Positions 1-8,932 are shown, counted from the first letter of the stretch. The stretch is 64,000 bases of DNA from Oscillospiraceae bacterium (GCA_015063905.1 SVTF01000007.1:2975-66974); one strand, 5' to 3'. Notes: generated by a model from the letters alone, not told the origin. Made by a program: numbers and translations.

Positions 1-158
1 AAAAATTCATCTTTTTCAATCCATTTCTTTTTTTCTACGAACTCATTTTCAAGCAGAGCTATCATAGCGTATCCACCGCCAAAGGTGAACAATCCTATTT
101 TCAGCATTGTCAAAAAGAGTGAGAGATAGCCTTTTATTTTCTTCACAAGAGCCCCCAT
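1..158 (-). CDS. Chromate transporter (CHR/ChrA family), N-terminal 52 codons; gene continues beyond the window start
   Basis: Own minus-strand translation from ATG at 156-158: MGALVKKIKGYLSLFLTMLKIGLFTFGGGYAMIALLENEFVEKKKWIEKDEF. The FGGGYAM...E.V....W block is the CHR-family signature. Not in the ORF track because the window edge cuts it. Confidence 0.6.
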   Translation of the reverse strand, partial: MGALVKKIKGYLSLFLTMLKIGLFTFGGGYAMIALLENEFVEKKKWIEKDEF

Positions 159-195
159 TTATCTCATTGTCAAATTCTTATTTATCGGCGAGTTA

Positions 196-224
196 ATTAT
201 ATCATATTTCTATGAACTTTTCAA
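196..224 (-). promoter_or_regulatory. Sigma-A-type promoter for the chrA-like gene (TTGAAA-17 nt-TATAAT on the minus strand)
   Basis: -10 at 196-201 (plus strand attata), -35 at 219-224 (plus strand tttcaa), 17-nt spacer. Part of a ~65-bp module repeated at 31175-31240. Confidence 0.55.
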
Positions 225-382
225 CCGATTTGGCTTTTCTTTGCTTCCTAAGACTCAATTTTTGAGGTCTGACGATTGCTTTAGTCAGCCCTCTTTTCTT
301 GTGCATTTTTTTGTTTATATCCGTATGGTTTGCGATTCACGGCTTTTGCCTGCCAGCGTTTTGCCGATAGCTATCAAGCCGT

Positions 383-619
383 GTGCATGGTCGCCGACGG
401 CGATATATTTACCCACGACAGGATCTTGAATATACCGTCGCGGGTCGCGCTACGGGAACGGCGCAGATCGTGGGAATGGCTGTAGTAACGACCACGGCAG
501 TTAACTCGGTTCTGACTGTCCGTAATCCTGCGGGTAATGCCGCGGCACTGACAATTACACCTCTCGCGGGCGGAACTCGTCCCGCGTCCGCACATCTTGT
601 GATCACGCAGATAGCCTAA
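383..619 (+). pseudogene. Orphan GC-rich ORF; possible C-terminal remnant of a BclA/BclB-type (C1q/TNF-like) exosporium or collagen-like protein
   Basis: 78-aa ORF ending ...AVNSVLTVRNPAGNAAALTITPLAGGTRPASAHLVITQIA. This recalls the beta-rich C-terminal domain of BclA-like proteins (BclA ends ...SIIIEKVA). No RBS and no collagen repeats upstream. The adjacent frame (241-429) may carry the preceding strand, implying a frameshift near 425. Base composition is visibly GC-richer than the flanks. Confidence 0.25.
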
Positions 620-756
620 TTATTTCGCAAATAAGTTAATAAATGTCCCCCCGTTTAGCGTGATGTCCTTAACAGACAAATCGCGCTAAACAGGAGGGAT
701 TTATTCTATTAAATTAAATTGATTGTTAGAGCTTGCGCTACTATATCAACAGAGGC

Positions 757-1683
757 TTATTTTTTATTCTTTTCTTTGGAGCGCTTATCGTTGATGATCT
801 GCATATGCTCCGCCGTTATGAGCGTTACGTTGTTCTCTTTTGCCCATTGAACACATCCCTTGAGCACGACGGAAAGGAATACTCTCGGCACGCCAAGAAT
901 AGTGACAAGCGCGTCGTCGGTAAATTTAACTGTGTCGTCGGCGCGGTCTGCGGCGTAACGTACCGATTCGAGAGAAGCCTGACGCATTTGGAGCAGCTCG
1001 GCTCTCATCTTTGTCTTTCTGTGAAACCAGAAGTTCTTTGAGTCGCGATAGCCGTAATCTACGGGGAGCGCGGGAAAATCCTTTGCGCGAACGCCGTTTA
1101 TGATGGCGTCGCTATATTTTTTCTTCATAAGTATTTTGTCTACGCGCAGAATGAAATGCGCGCCGAATTTGCTTGTGATTCCGTTGAAATCGTGGTAAGG
1201 ACCTTCATATCCGTTAAGCTCTCCCGCCTCGTCCTTATCTGCTCCGTCCAGCTCTCTCATCCACGTACACTCTATGGCTTGTATAGCATCGGTGAGAACC
1301 ATGGGGCGTTTTTCGCCGGTCTCTTCTTCGATAATACTCTTTTCAAGCTTAAAATTGCACTTGGGCATCTTTTCTTCGGGTTTGTCGCCTGGCCAGGAAA
1401 GCTTTACCGCTTCCTTGAAGGTGGCGGGCTTGTCGTCAATGAAATTAAGAGTGCATTTACCGTTGCGAAGAATGTTTTGCGCGGTGTTGGACGAATTGCG
1501 GCAACACAGAAGCATTGCGTAATAATCCTTGCCTGCTACGTAATAGGGCTGAACGAGAGAATATGGACCGAGATTGGTTGTCCCATCCTCGCACAACGTA
1601 CTGATAATTACGGTTGGCATAGGAAAAAACAGAGACGTCTGATAAAAGTTGTCCACGATTCGAAGGTTTTCAAAGCTACTCAT
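757..1683 (-). CDS. Flavin reductase-like (FMN-binding split-barrel) domain protein with a C-terminal extension
   Basis: 308-aa ORF. The N-terminal ~160 aa (FPMPTVIISTL.EDGTTNLGPYS...CCRNSSNT..NI...GKCTLNF) fit the flavin-reductase-like fold pattern. The C-terminal ~140 aa are not recognised. Confidence 0.5.
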   Translation of the reverse strand: MSSFENLRIVDNFYQTSLFFPMPTVIISTLCEDGTTNLGPYSLVQPYYVAGKDYYAMLLCCRNSSNTAQNILRNGKCTLNFIDDKPATFKEAVKLSWPGDKPEEKMPKCNFKLEKSIIEEETGEKRPMVLTDAIQAIECTWMRELDGADKDEAGELNGYEGPYHDFNGITSKFGAHFILRVDKILMKKKYSDAIINGVRAKDFPALPVDYGYRDSKNFWFHRKTKMRAELLQMRQASLESVRYAADRADDTVKFTDDALVTILGVPRVFLSVVLKGCVQWAKENNVTLITAEHMQIINDKRSKEKNKK

Positions 1684-1777
1684 AATGATACTCCTTTTTG
1701 TGTGTTTTTTCTGTGCGTATGATACGTATCTATAATTAAATTATAATGCCGTTTTCAAGCTCTGTCAAGAGCGTATA

Positions 1778-1806
1778 TTGACAAAAAACCTTTTGTGTGC
1801 TAGAAT
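1778..1806 (+). promoter_or_regulatory. Sigma-A-type promoter upstream of the MFS transporter (TTGACA-17-TAGAAT)
   Basis: ttgaca at 1778-1783, 17-nt spacer, tagaat at 1801-1806; 43 nt upstream of the ATG at 1849. Confidence 0.55.
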
Positions 1807-1848
1807 CTAACTTAGCGATTTTTTTATTTCTTTGCCCACGGAGGCACT

Positions 1849-3021
1849 ATGGCAACTCTTTTATTAATAATAATATATATATTGGCAATAGGGCTCGGCG
1901 TCCCCGATTCCGCGTTCGGCTCGGCGTGGCCAGCCATCTATCCCGATCTTGGACTGGATATTTCAATGGCGAATTTTGTTAGCGCGTTGGTTTCTTGCGG
2001 AACGGTGATCTCCAGCCTTTTTAGTGCCAGGATAATAAACCGATTTGGCACGGCGGCGGTGACAGCGGTAAGCACGGCAATGACCGCTATAGCTCTTTTT
2101 GGTTACTCGGCTTCCCCTAACATATGGTTTATTTGTCTTTTGGCGTTGCCATTAGGCTTGGGCGCGGGCGCGATTGACACCGCGATAAACAACTATATGT
2201 CTTTACACTATTCGGCGATGTATATGAATTTTATGCATTGCTTTTACGGTGTTGGAGTTATGATAAGTCCATATATAATGTCGTGGGCATTGAAGCTTAG
2301 CACGTGGCGTTTTGGATACATACTTGTTGCCGCTACACAGGCGATAATAGCCTTGATCGCGATCTTGGCAGTTCCTCTGTGGAAAAAGGTGAGCCGAGCC
2401 AAAACGGGACAAAACACCGCGGACACAAAAACGCTTGGCATCTTTCAAATGATACGCAGCCCCGGTATAGTCTGGGCGAGTGTGTTTTTTATGGCATCTA
2501 CCTCTATAGAAGCGCTCTGTACCGTTTGGAGCAGCACGTATATGGTGCATACCAAGGGATTTTCCGCGTCCGCCTCTGCGGGCTATCTCGTCCTTTATTA
2601 TCTTGGACTGACATCGGGACGCATACTTGCGGGCTTGCTTGTAAACAAGCTTTCCACCTGGACAAACCTCAAGCTTGGCATAGTCCTTGGCTTTTGCGGA
2701 GTGGTTACGCTGTTTTTCGCTCAAACGCCTGCTTTAGTTATGACGGGACTGTTTTTGATCGGTTGCGGAGTAGCTCCGATCTTCCCGGGACTTGTATTTC
2801 TGACTCCGGAGAATTTTGGCGAGGACGTGTCACAATCCGTTACAGGATTTGAGATGGCTGCCGCGTACGTTGGAACGTTGGCTTCTCCCGTGTTGTTCGG
2901 TCTGTTTGCGGGAGCGGTTTCAACCTATGCCTTTCCCTTCTTCCTTTTATTTTTTGAGGTTATGGTTACAATAGCAAACGTTGCCTTGATCTGCGCTTTG
3001 AAAAAAAGCGGCAAAGCTTGA
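1849..3021 (+). CDS. MFS transporter (sugar/solute permease type)
   Basis: 390 aa, about 12 hydrophobic segments, two-fold repeat organisation with a central charged loop (WKKVSRAKTGQNTAD). Confidence 0.85.
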   Translation: MATLLLIIIYILAIGLGVPDSAFGSAWPAIYPDLGLDISMANFVSALVSCGTVISSLFSARIINRFGTAAVTAVSTAMTAIALFGYSASPNIWFICLLALPLGLGAGAIDTAINNYMSLHYSAMYMNFMHCFYGVGVMISPYIMSWALKLSTWRFGYILVAATQAIIALIAILAVPLWKKVSRAKTGQNTADTKTLGIFQMIRSPGIVWASVFFMASTSIEALCTVWSSTYMVHTKGFSASASAGYLVLYYLGLTSGRILAGLLVNKLSTWTNLKLGIVLGFCGVVTLFFAQTPALVMTGLFLIGCGVAPIFPGLVFLTPENFGEDVSQSVTGFEMAAAYVGTLASPVLFGLFAGAVSTYAFPFFLLFFEVMVTIANVALICALKKSGKA

Positions 3022-3031
3022 ATATTTACAT

Positions 3032-3064
3032 AAAAAACGGATACGAGATTCGTATCCGTTTTTT
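3032..3064. terminator. Bidirectional intrinsic terminator between the convergent MFS and GH2 genes
   Basis: aaaaa-acggatacg-agatt-cgtatccgt-ttttt: 9-bp stem flanked by an A tract and a T tract. Confidence 0.75.
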
Positions 3065-3066
3065 AT

Positions 3067-5292
3067 TTATACAGTTACGGGCTCAAGTCCTTCGCAACGA
3101 ACCGTTACAGCCTTTGATTCCGCGGTCACGATTATCTGCGCGCGACCGTGGAAAAGCTTAATATCGTAAGCAATGTTGGCTTGCGTTCCGTTGGGATCGC
3201 CATTGGCAATGCCAAGCACCTCTGTCGCCAGAGCATCAACGTAAACGTGGGCATCGCAATTGGGAAGGACGGTTCCGTTTTTGTCCACCGCGCTTACGTT
3301 TATTATTCTTATCTTATTGCCGTCACCTTTTGGCGTTACGTCACAAAGCCTGATGCCCGAAAGCTTGCCGGCAGTAGAGATCTCATCGGTTACCTGCTCT
3401 TTGCCACGGCTTGCCACCACGCAAATCTTGCCCGCGTTGAACGGTACGTTCCACTCTGCGCGGCGATCATTGACGTCCTTCTCGCCAACAGAGACACCGT
3501 TAACAAACAGCGCTGCCCTATCGGCATTGGTGAACACGCACACTCTGACGGATTCGCCCTCTGCCCAATTCCAATGAGGGAGCAGATGCGCGCAAAGCTC
3601 GTCCTTATACCAAGCCGCCAAGAGGTATGCGGTATCTTTTTCAAAGCCGCATATGTCCATAAAGCCCCAGTGCGACATTACGCTGGGATATACGCAAGGA
3701 ACGGGCTCACCGTAAGAATCAAAGCCGCTCCAAGGGAAGCAACCCGCACAGAACTCGTTGGCATGGACGGATTTTACGGTCTCTTCAACCGAGATCGCGA
3801 AATCTGCCCAATGGTCACCATAGCAGTTGAACTCCTGCTTTTTTTCATCGGTCACGTAAACTCCGCGCGTCGCGTAGGTAGGGCAGTTTTCCGTGCCTAT
3901 TACCGCTTTGTCGGGATTGAGAGCGTGGAACTCGGGATATTGAGCGTTATAGTAATTCAGACCAACGACGTCCATTGCATACGCCGCGTTGAGCGAAGCG
4001 CTTACACCGCCGTTCATAGCTCCCGTGCAAGCCCTTGTGTCGTCAAGTGCCAATACCCACTCGCGCATCTTTTTAGCCATGAGATATCCGCGTCTTTCAG
4101 CCTGCCATGGCTCCTCGTTAAACAGACTGTAAATAAACACGCAAGGGTGATTTCTCGCAAGCTTTACGAGCGATTCGAGCTGATATTTCGTATCCTCGGA
4201 AACAGAGAAATGTCGATTTTCCACCATTACCATCATGCCCAGCCTGTCACATATGTCAAGCAAGGAATCGGGAACGGCGTGATGCGCGCAACGGTAGGAG
4301 TTAGCGCCCATTTTTTTGAGCTTCTTGACGCGGAACTCCATAAGCTCGGGAGTAACCGCGGCGCCAACTCCGCCGTGGTCTTGGTGGCAGCAAATGCCCT
4401 TGACCATGTATTTTGTGCCGTTCAAATGCATACCCGTATCCTTATGCCACGTGATGGTTCTTAGACCCACGTTTACACAAAGCGTGTCGAGGATCTCGCC
4501 CGAGCGAACGAGCCTGCAATTGAACTTATAAAGCGTAGGATGCTCGGGACTCCAGAGTCTTGCGTTTTGAACGGGAAATCTTACGGTTACCTGCGCGGTG
4601 TCTTGAAGCTCGGCTCTCGCGATCTCGTTTCCATTGGGATCTGTAAGCGTGGATATGATGCTTGTGCCTTCAACACAGCCATCTGTCTTTATATCGGCAA
4701 CAACCTCCCAAACCCCATCTTTCTCGTTGCCGCGAACAAAGCAACCGTATGTGTCAAGCTTTGTGCTTTCTCTGAACTCGATATATGCGGGGCGATACAG
4801 TCCTGCCCCCTCGTATGACCAAGCCTCCCACGTTGTAGTATCAACACAGAGCGCGATCATATTCTCTTTTCCGGGTTCAAGATAGCTGGCAATTTCGCAG
4901 GTGAATCGGTTGTAGCCGCTGAAATTTCTTGCCGCAACGGTGCCGTTAACGTAAACGGTGGTCTGTCCGAGAACGCCCTCAAAAACAAGACGCGCGTTGT
5001 CTATATCCTCTTCTCCAAGCTTGAAGTTGACATAATACCAGCCCATGCCCCTCTGCTTAAATCCGTTTGCCATTATTGCCGAGGGATCAACGGGGAGCGA
5101 CATCATCCAATCGTGCGGAACGCGAACGTCCTGCCACGAGTTTTTATTTTTGAACACCTCTACGTTTCCAAGATAGCCGCCCGCTTTGGACGCGTCATAA
5201 ACGTATAGCACGTGTTCCTTGAATCTTTCAACGTCGCCAAGGTGAAATTTCCAACCTTTATCGAGCAAAAGATCGTAATTTGCGATTTTCAT
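3067..5292 (-). CDS. Glycoside hydrolase family 2 (beta-galactosidase/beta-glucuronidase-like)
   Basis: 741 aa. N-terminal sugar-binding pattern (WKFHLGD...WQDVRVPHDW), TIM-barrel motifs NSYRCAHH, MVMVENRHF and the acid/base region SLFNEEPW. AAGGAG RBS upstream. Confidence 0.85.
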   Translation of the reverse strand: MKIANYDLLLDKGWKFHLGDVERFKEHVLYVYDASKAGGYLGNVEVFKNKNSWQDVRVPHDWMMSLPVDPSAIMANGFKQRGMGWYYVNFKLGEEDIDNARLVFEGVLGQTTVYVNGTVAARNFSGYNRFTCEIASYLEPGKENMIALCVDTTTWEAWSYEGAGLYRPAYIEFRESTKLDTYGCFVRGNEKDGVWEVVADIKTDGCVEGTSIISTLTDPNGNEIARAELQDTAQVTVRFPVQNARLWSPEHPTLYKFNCRLVRSGEILDTLCVNVGLRTITWHKDTGMHLNGTKYMVKGICCHQDHGGVGAAVTPELMEFRVKKLKKMGANSYRCAHHAVPDSLLDICDRLGMMVMVENRHFSVSEDTKYQLESLVKLARNHPCVFIYSLFNEEPWQAERRGYLMAKKMREWVLALDDTRACTGAMNGGVSASLNAAYAMDVVGLNYYNAQYPEFHALNPDKAVIGTENCPTYATRGVYVTDEKKQEFNCYGDHWADFAISVEETVKSVHANEFCAGCFPWSGFDSYGEPVPCVYPSVMSHWGFMDICGFEKDTAYLLAAWYKDELCAHLLPHWNWAEGESVRVCVFTNADRAALFVNGVSVGEKDVNDRRAEWNVPFNAGKICVVASRGKEQVTDEISTAGKLSGIRLCDVTPKGDGNKIRIINVSAVDKNGTVLPNCDAHVYVDALATEVLGIANGDPNGTQANIAYDIKLFHGRAQIIVTAESKAVTVRCEGLEPVTV

Positions 5293-5313
5293 ATAGAAAG
5301 AACTCCTTGTATG

Positions 5314-6201
5314 TTATGCCATTCCGTGCTTTTTGAGCATTTCACGCTCAAAATTGAGAAGATATCTTGCCTCTGCGTCGATAGTTTCTTCACAGGGGTT
5401 TTCAATAAGGTCACGATAAACGTGAATGTCGCGTCCGACCTCTCCGCCCTGCATAATGAACGGCTCGGAAACTATGCGGCCCTTATATCCGATGTCCGCA
5501 AGCGCGCCGAATATCTCATCCCAATCAAGATGTCCGCGACCGGGAGCGCGGCGGTTGTTCTCACCTGTGTGGAAGCTCTTCAGGCGGTCTGCGCCAACAA
5601 GTCGGATGGCGTCGCCGATGTTATCTTCCTCGATGTTCATATGATAAGTATCAAGCAGAACACCGATATTCTTGCTGTCGATCTCCTCGATATAAGCCAA
5701 AGCCTCCTTTGCGGTATTGATAAGCGCGGTCTCAAAGCGGTTTACCGCCTCAACGCAATAAGTGACGCCGCATTCCTCGGCAACCTTGATGATCTCCTTC
5801 ATGCTCTTCACGCTCTGATCCCAATAGGGCTTCTTTGAGTCAAACGTTCCCTCGGGAACACCCCAGCCCGCGTAGCTTACGCCAGAAAGCAGAGTGCCAC
5901 CGCCGACCTCCATCTTGCGAATGATGTTCTGAAGATACTTGACGCCGCCCGTTCTTACTGTTTCGTCGAGCGAAGACACGTCATAGTTGCGGTCAAGTCC
6001 CAAGCTGTACGTCAGCTCAATGCCGCAAGCGTCTGCCTCGCGGCGAAGCGACCGAATATGATCGTCGCTCATCTCAAGCAGAGGCTGTGCCTGAAATTCC
6101 AGCACGTCAAAGCCGATCTCTGCGGCTTTTCTTATATATTTCTTGTGGTCCGCGTCCCAATTCTTCTCCCAGAAGTTCATGAAAATACCTAATTTGTTCA
6201 T
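5314..6201 (-). CDS. Xylose-isomerase-like TIM-barrel sugar epimerase (D-tagatose/D-psicose 3-epimerase family)
   Basis: 295 aa. The N-terminus GIFMNFWEKNWDADHKKYIRKAAEIGFDVLEF resembles the ketose 3-epimerase start (GIYY.YWE.EW.ADY..Y). LDTYHMNIEE and HTGENNR metal-site-like motifs are present. Confidence 0.8.
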   Translation of the reverse strand: MNKLGIFMNFWEKNWDADHKKYIRKAAEIGFDVLEFQAQPLLEMSDDHIRSLRREADACGIELTYSLGLDRNYDVSSLDETVRTGGVKYLQNIIRKMEVGGGTLLSGVSYAGWGVPEGTFDSKKPYWDQSVKSMKEIIKVAEECGVTYCVEAVNRFETALINTAKEALAYIEEIDSKNIGVLLDTYHMNIEEDNIGDAIRLVGADRLKSFHTGENNRRAPGRGHLDWDEIFGALADIGYKGRIVSEPFIMQGGEVGRDIHVYRDLIENPCEETIDAEARYLLNFEREMLKKHGMA

Positions 6202-6236
6202 AACGATCTCCTTTAATTATGATTTTTAATTTATGA

Positions 6237-7628
6237 TCAAAGCTCGACTTCGGTATATCCGAGATATTTGGAGAGTCCTTCTCTTATTGCCTTTGTGTGA
6301 TCACCCGCGGTGATAATAGCGTGATGACGGAAGCCCTCATCGCCCATATGTATAAGCTTTCTTTGAAGATCGGGGATCTCAACGACGCCGTATGTGCCGA
6401 AGAAGCCTCTGTCAACTTCAACGTCAAGCACCTCTGCTCTCTCAACAAAGTAGCGAGTCTCGCCGCCCTCGGTCCTCATTCCGCAAACGGTTATAACGCC
6501 GGGCTTGATCCTGCCAACGTTGACGCCCCAAGAGCAGTTGAGCCCCTGCGTCTTTGTAAACATCTTGTGCTCCTCCATATGTCCCTTCTCGCAAAGAAGA
6601 TCGATGGGGAGAGGACCGCAGTGGAACATAATGCACTTGTTGGGTTCATTGCCATAGTTGTTATTGATGTCAAGACATCCAACACCCGTATACGATGCCA
6701 TTGCCATTGCCAGCATGGCGGGCGCGTTGGTAACGTCTGTTTCACACACAACGGGTACCTGACGCTTATTGAATATGCCCATGACCGTACAAGGCGTGAT
6801 CTTGTATTCGTACTGAAGCTCGCTCCAGCAACGGATGGCGAGAACGTCCAGCTTCATTTCGGCAATAAGCTCCTCAAGAGCCACTCCAAGCTTGCACTGA
6901 TTTACTATGGAATATCTCGGAGCATCGCAGGTGTTGGATATTTCGTTTATATCATTTTCCCACGCCGCAAGACGAGCGTCATCGTCCGCTATGCCCTTCA
7001 TTTTATCAAACACTTGCGTGAGGTCGAGCGTTTCAACGTCAACTCCCCTCTCCTCAAGCGCGCCCTCGTCAAAGCGAACGCTCTTGAAGGCGGTCGTTCT
7101 TGCGCCGATAACACCTACTCTTGCGTGGCGCATCTTTTTTACTATGCGACAAGTGGAAATGAATTCCACAAGATCGTTATGGAACTCCTCGGAGAGAGGA
7201 TGAGCGACAAATGATCTTCCCGACACGAATTTGACCTTCATTTGCTTTAAGACCGCGCAAAGACCGAGCCTGCCGCAAAAGGCGTCGCGGCGGTTTGCGA
7301 AATCCAGCTTGTCAAGCTCGTCGGGATAGGTCTGGATAAGGATGGGCACCTTTACGTCCTTTATTGCTTCCTTGATGCCGTTTTCATCACCGAAGTTGGG
7401 CATACAAATGACAAGTCCGTCATATTCGCCCTCGTTCTCTGCCAGAAACGCAGCAAAAGCCTCGCCCTCCGCGCGTGTTTCAACCGCGCCGTAACGAGTC
7501 TTGGACGCGTCCATAAGCAGAGCCTTGGCACCCGCTTTTTCTATCGCCTGTGTTATTTCCGTTCTTGCCGAGTCGATAACCGAGCTGGGAAAGAAACCTC
7601 TGTTTGCTATAAGTACTGCTAATTTCAA
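6237..7628 (-). CDS. L-fucose/L-arabinose isomerase family protein (COG2407-like)
   Basis: ORF track 6237..7634. I prefer the TTG at 7628 because GGAGGA (7636-7641) lies 7 nt upstream of it but only 1 nt from the TTG at 7634. N-terminal pattern KLAVLIANRGFFP...GLVICMPNFGDE is typical of this isomerase family. Confidence 0.75.
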   Translation of the reverse strand: MKLAVLIANRGFFPSSVIDSARTEITQAIEKAGAKALLMDASKTRYGAVETRAEGEAFAAFLAENEGEYDGLVICMPNFGDENGIKEAIKDVKVPILIQTYPDELDKLDFANRRDAFCGRLGLCAVLKQMKVKFVSGRSFVAHPLSEEFHNDLVEFISTCRIVKKMRHARVGVIGARTTAFKSVRFDEGALEERGVDVETLDLTQVFDKMKGIADDDARLAAWENDINEISNTCDAPRYSIVNQCKLGVALEELIAEMKLDVLAIRCWSELQYEYKITPCTVMGIFNKRQVPVVCETDVTNAPAMLAMAMASYTGVGCLDINNNYGNEPNKCIMFHCGPLPIDLLCEKGHMEEHKMFTKTQGLNCSWGVNVGRIKPGVITVCGMRTEGGETRYFVERAEVLDVEVDRGFFGTYGVVEIPDLQRKLIHMGDEGFRHHAIITAGDHTKAIREGLSKYLGYTEVEL

Positions 7629-7649
7629 AGTCAATTCCTCCTTGAAATA

Positions 7650-7665
7650 ACTTTATCGTTAAAGT
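7650..7665. promoter_or_regulatory. Candidate LacI-family operator (14/16 palindrome ACTTTAtCGtTAAAGT, central CG)
   Basis: Lies just downstream of the predicted -10 of the isomerase-epimerase-GH2 operon. It has the architecture of LacI/GalR operators. The divergent gene encodes a LacI-family regulator. Confidence 0.35.
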
Positions 7666-7666
7666 A

Positions 7667-7695
7667 AGTATATCATGATTTGCGTGTTTTGTCAA
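7667..7695 (-). promoter_or_regulatory. Sigma-A-type promoter of the sugar operon (TTGACA-17-TATACT, minus strand)
   Basis: Plus-strand tgtcaa at 7690-7695 and agtata at 7667-7672, 17-nt spacer. Confidence 0.5.
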
Positions 7696-7735
7696 TAGCA
7701 GGTAATAATTTATTTATCCTCATATTCGCGAAAAC

Positions 7736-7764
7736 TTGACAAACGCTTTGTAATGATATATAAT
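7736..7764 (+). promoter_or_regulatory. Sigma-A-type promoter of the LacI-family regulator (TTGACA-17-TATAAT)
   Basis: ttgaca 7736-7741, tataat 7759-7764. Overlaps the imperfect palindrome ACAAA-CGC-TTTGT (7739-7751), possibly autoregulatory. Confidence 0.55.
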
Positions 7765-7799
7765 TATATCAACAGTTTATCTTATGGAGGAACATACCT

Positions 7800-8828
7800 G
7801 TGCCCGTAACCTTAAAGGACATTGCAGAGGAACTTAATATATCCACAAACGCAGTATCTCGCGCACTTCGTAATATGCCTGACATAGGTCTCGAGACCAC
7901 CAAGCTTGTGCACGAGACCGCACAAAAACTCGGATATCGCAAAAACCTTGCCGCAAGTTATCTTAAAACTGCGCGTTCCATGACGCTTGGCATCATAGTT
8001 CCCGATGTTTGCAACCCCGTTTTTTCTTATATGTATAAGGGAATAGAAAAGGTTTGCAGCAAGATGGGATACACCCTGATGCTATCTAACTCCAGCGAAA
8101 GCGCCGAGAAGGAGCTTTCCCGAATTGATAGCATGATAGCGCACGGAGTTGACGGAGTTTTTATTGTGCCCGGCGTTCAAAGCTCAAAGTATTATGAGCA
8201 GCTTGACGCGGCACACGTGCCCTACGTTATTCTCCAGCGCAAATCCAACAGTAAGCCGGCAAATTTTGTCCAAAGCGATGATTACGAAGGCGGATATCTT
8301 GCCGCAAAGCATCTCTATGAGCTTGGACACCGCAGGTTTTTGTTGGTTTTAGCATCTGTATACGTTTCCTCGGCTCAAGACAGACGAAACGGATTTGTCG
8401 CGTATTTAAAGGAACAGGACCTATCGGAAAGCGCCATCCAGATAATTGAGTGTGACGCTTCAAGAGACTCCGGATACGAGGTAACTCGCGAGTGGCTGGA
8501 GCAGCAGCCTGACCACAAGCATCTTGATGCTACAGCCATCTTTTGCTTTAGCGATTACGTCACGTGCGGAGTTTATACCGCGCTTGCAGAGTATGGGCTA
8601 AGCGTTCCCGACGACATCTCCGTGGTAGGCTACGACAACAACGAATACTCGGGCATGATATCCCCGGCTCTTACAACAGTTGACCTGCTCCCCTACGATA
8701 TAGGAAAACACGCCGCGCGTCTTATGCTGGACATTTTGCAAAGCGAGCAGACGCAAGCAGACGATAATCCAACCAAGGTCATTATTTCGCCAAAGCTTGT
8801 TGTCAGAAGCTCGACCAAGCATATATAA
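7800..8828 (+). CDS. LacI family transcriptional regulator
   Basis: 342 aa, GTG start 8 nt after GGAGGA. N-terminal HTH VTLKDIAEELNISTNAVSRALRN followed by a periplasmic-binding-protein-like sugar-binding core. Confidence 0.9.
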   Translation: MPVTLKDIAEELNISTNAVSRALRNMPDIGLETTKLVHETAQKLGYRKNLAASYLKTARSMTLGIIVPDVCNPVFSYMYKGIEKVCSKMGYTLMLSNSSESAEKELSRIDSMIAHGVDGVFIVPGVQSSKYYEQLDAAHVPYVILQRKSNSKPANFVQSDDYEGGYLAAKHLYELGHRRFLLVLASVYVSSAQDRRNGFVAYLKEQDLSESAIQIIECDASRDSGYEVTREWLEQQPDHKHLDATAIFCFSDYVTCGVYTALAEYGLSVPDDISVVGYDNNEYSGMISPALTTVDLLPYDIGKHAARLMLDILQSEQTQADDNPTKVIISPKLVVRSSTKHI

Positions 8829-8878
8829 ATTAAATAGGAAGAAAAAGCGCGACCAAAGGGCTACTTCTCATAAGGATG

Positions 8879-8914
8879 ATAACACCCCGACAGATTTCTC
8901 TGTCGGGGTGTTAT
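8879..8914. terminator. Bidirectional terminator between the LacI and GNAT genes
   Basis: Perfect 15-bp stem ataacaccccgacag / ctgtcggggtgttat with loop atttct. Confidence 0.7.
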
Positions 8915-8932
8915 GAATTATACAAATCAAAA

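Noticed and set aside
3148-4464. Long antisense ORFs in the track opposite well-supported genes. Examples: 3148-4464 (438 aa) opposite GH2; 6297-7214 opposite the isomerase; 14381-15145 opposite the LicC-like/wzx genes; 33875-36562 fragments opposite the 995-aa gene.
   Set aside because: Their translations are low-complexity and Arg/Ser/Leu-rich, with no recognisable motifs and no RBS. The opposite strand encodes proteins with clear family signatures. They are typical shadow ORFs.
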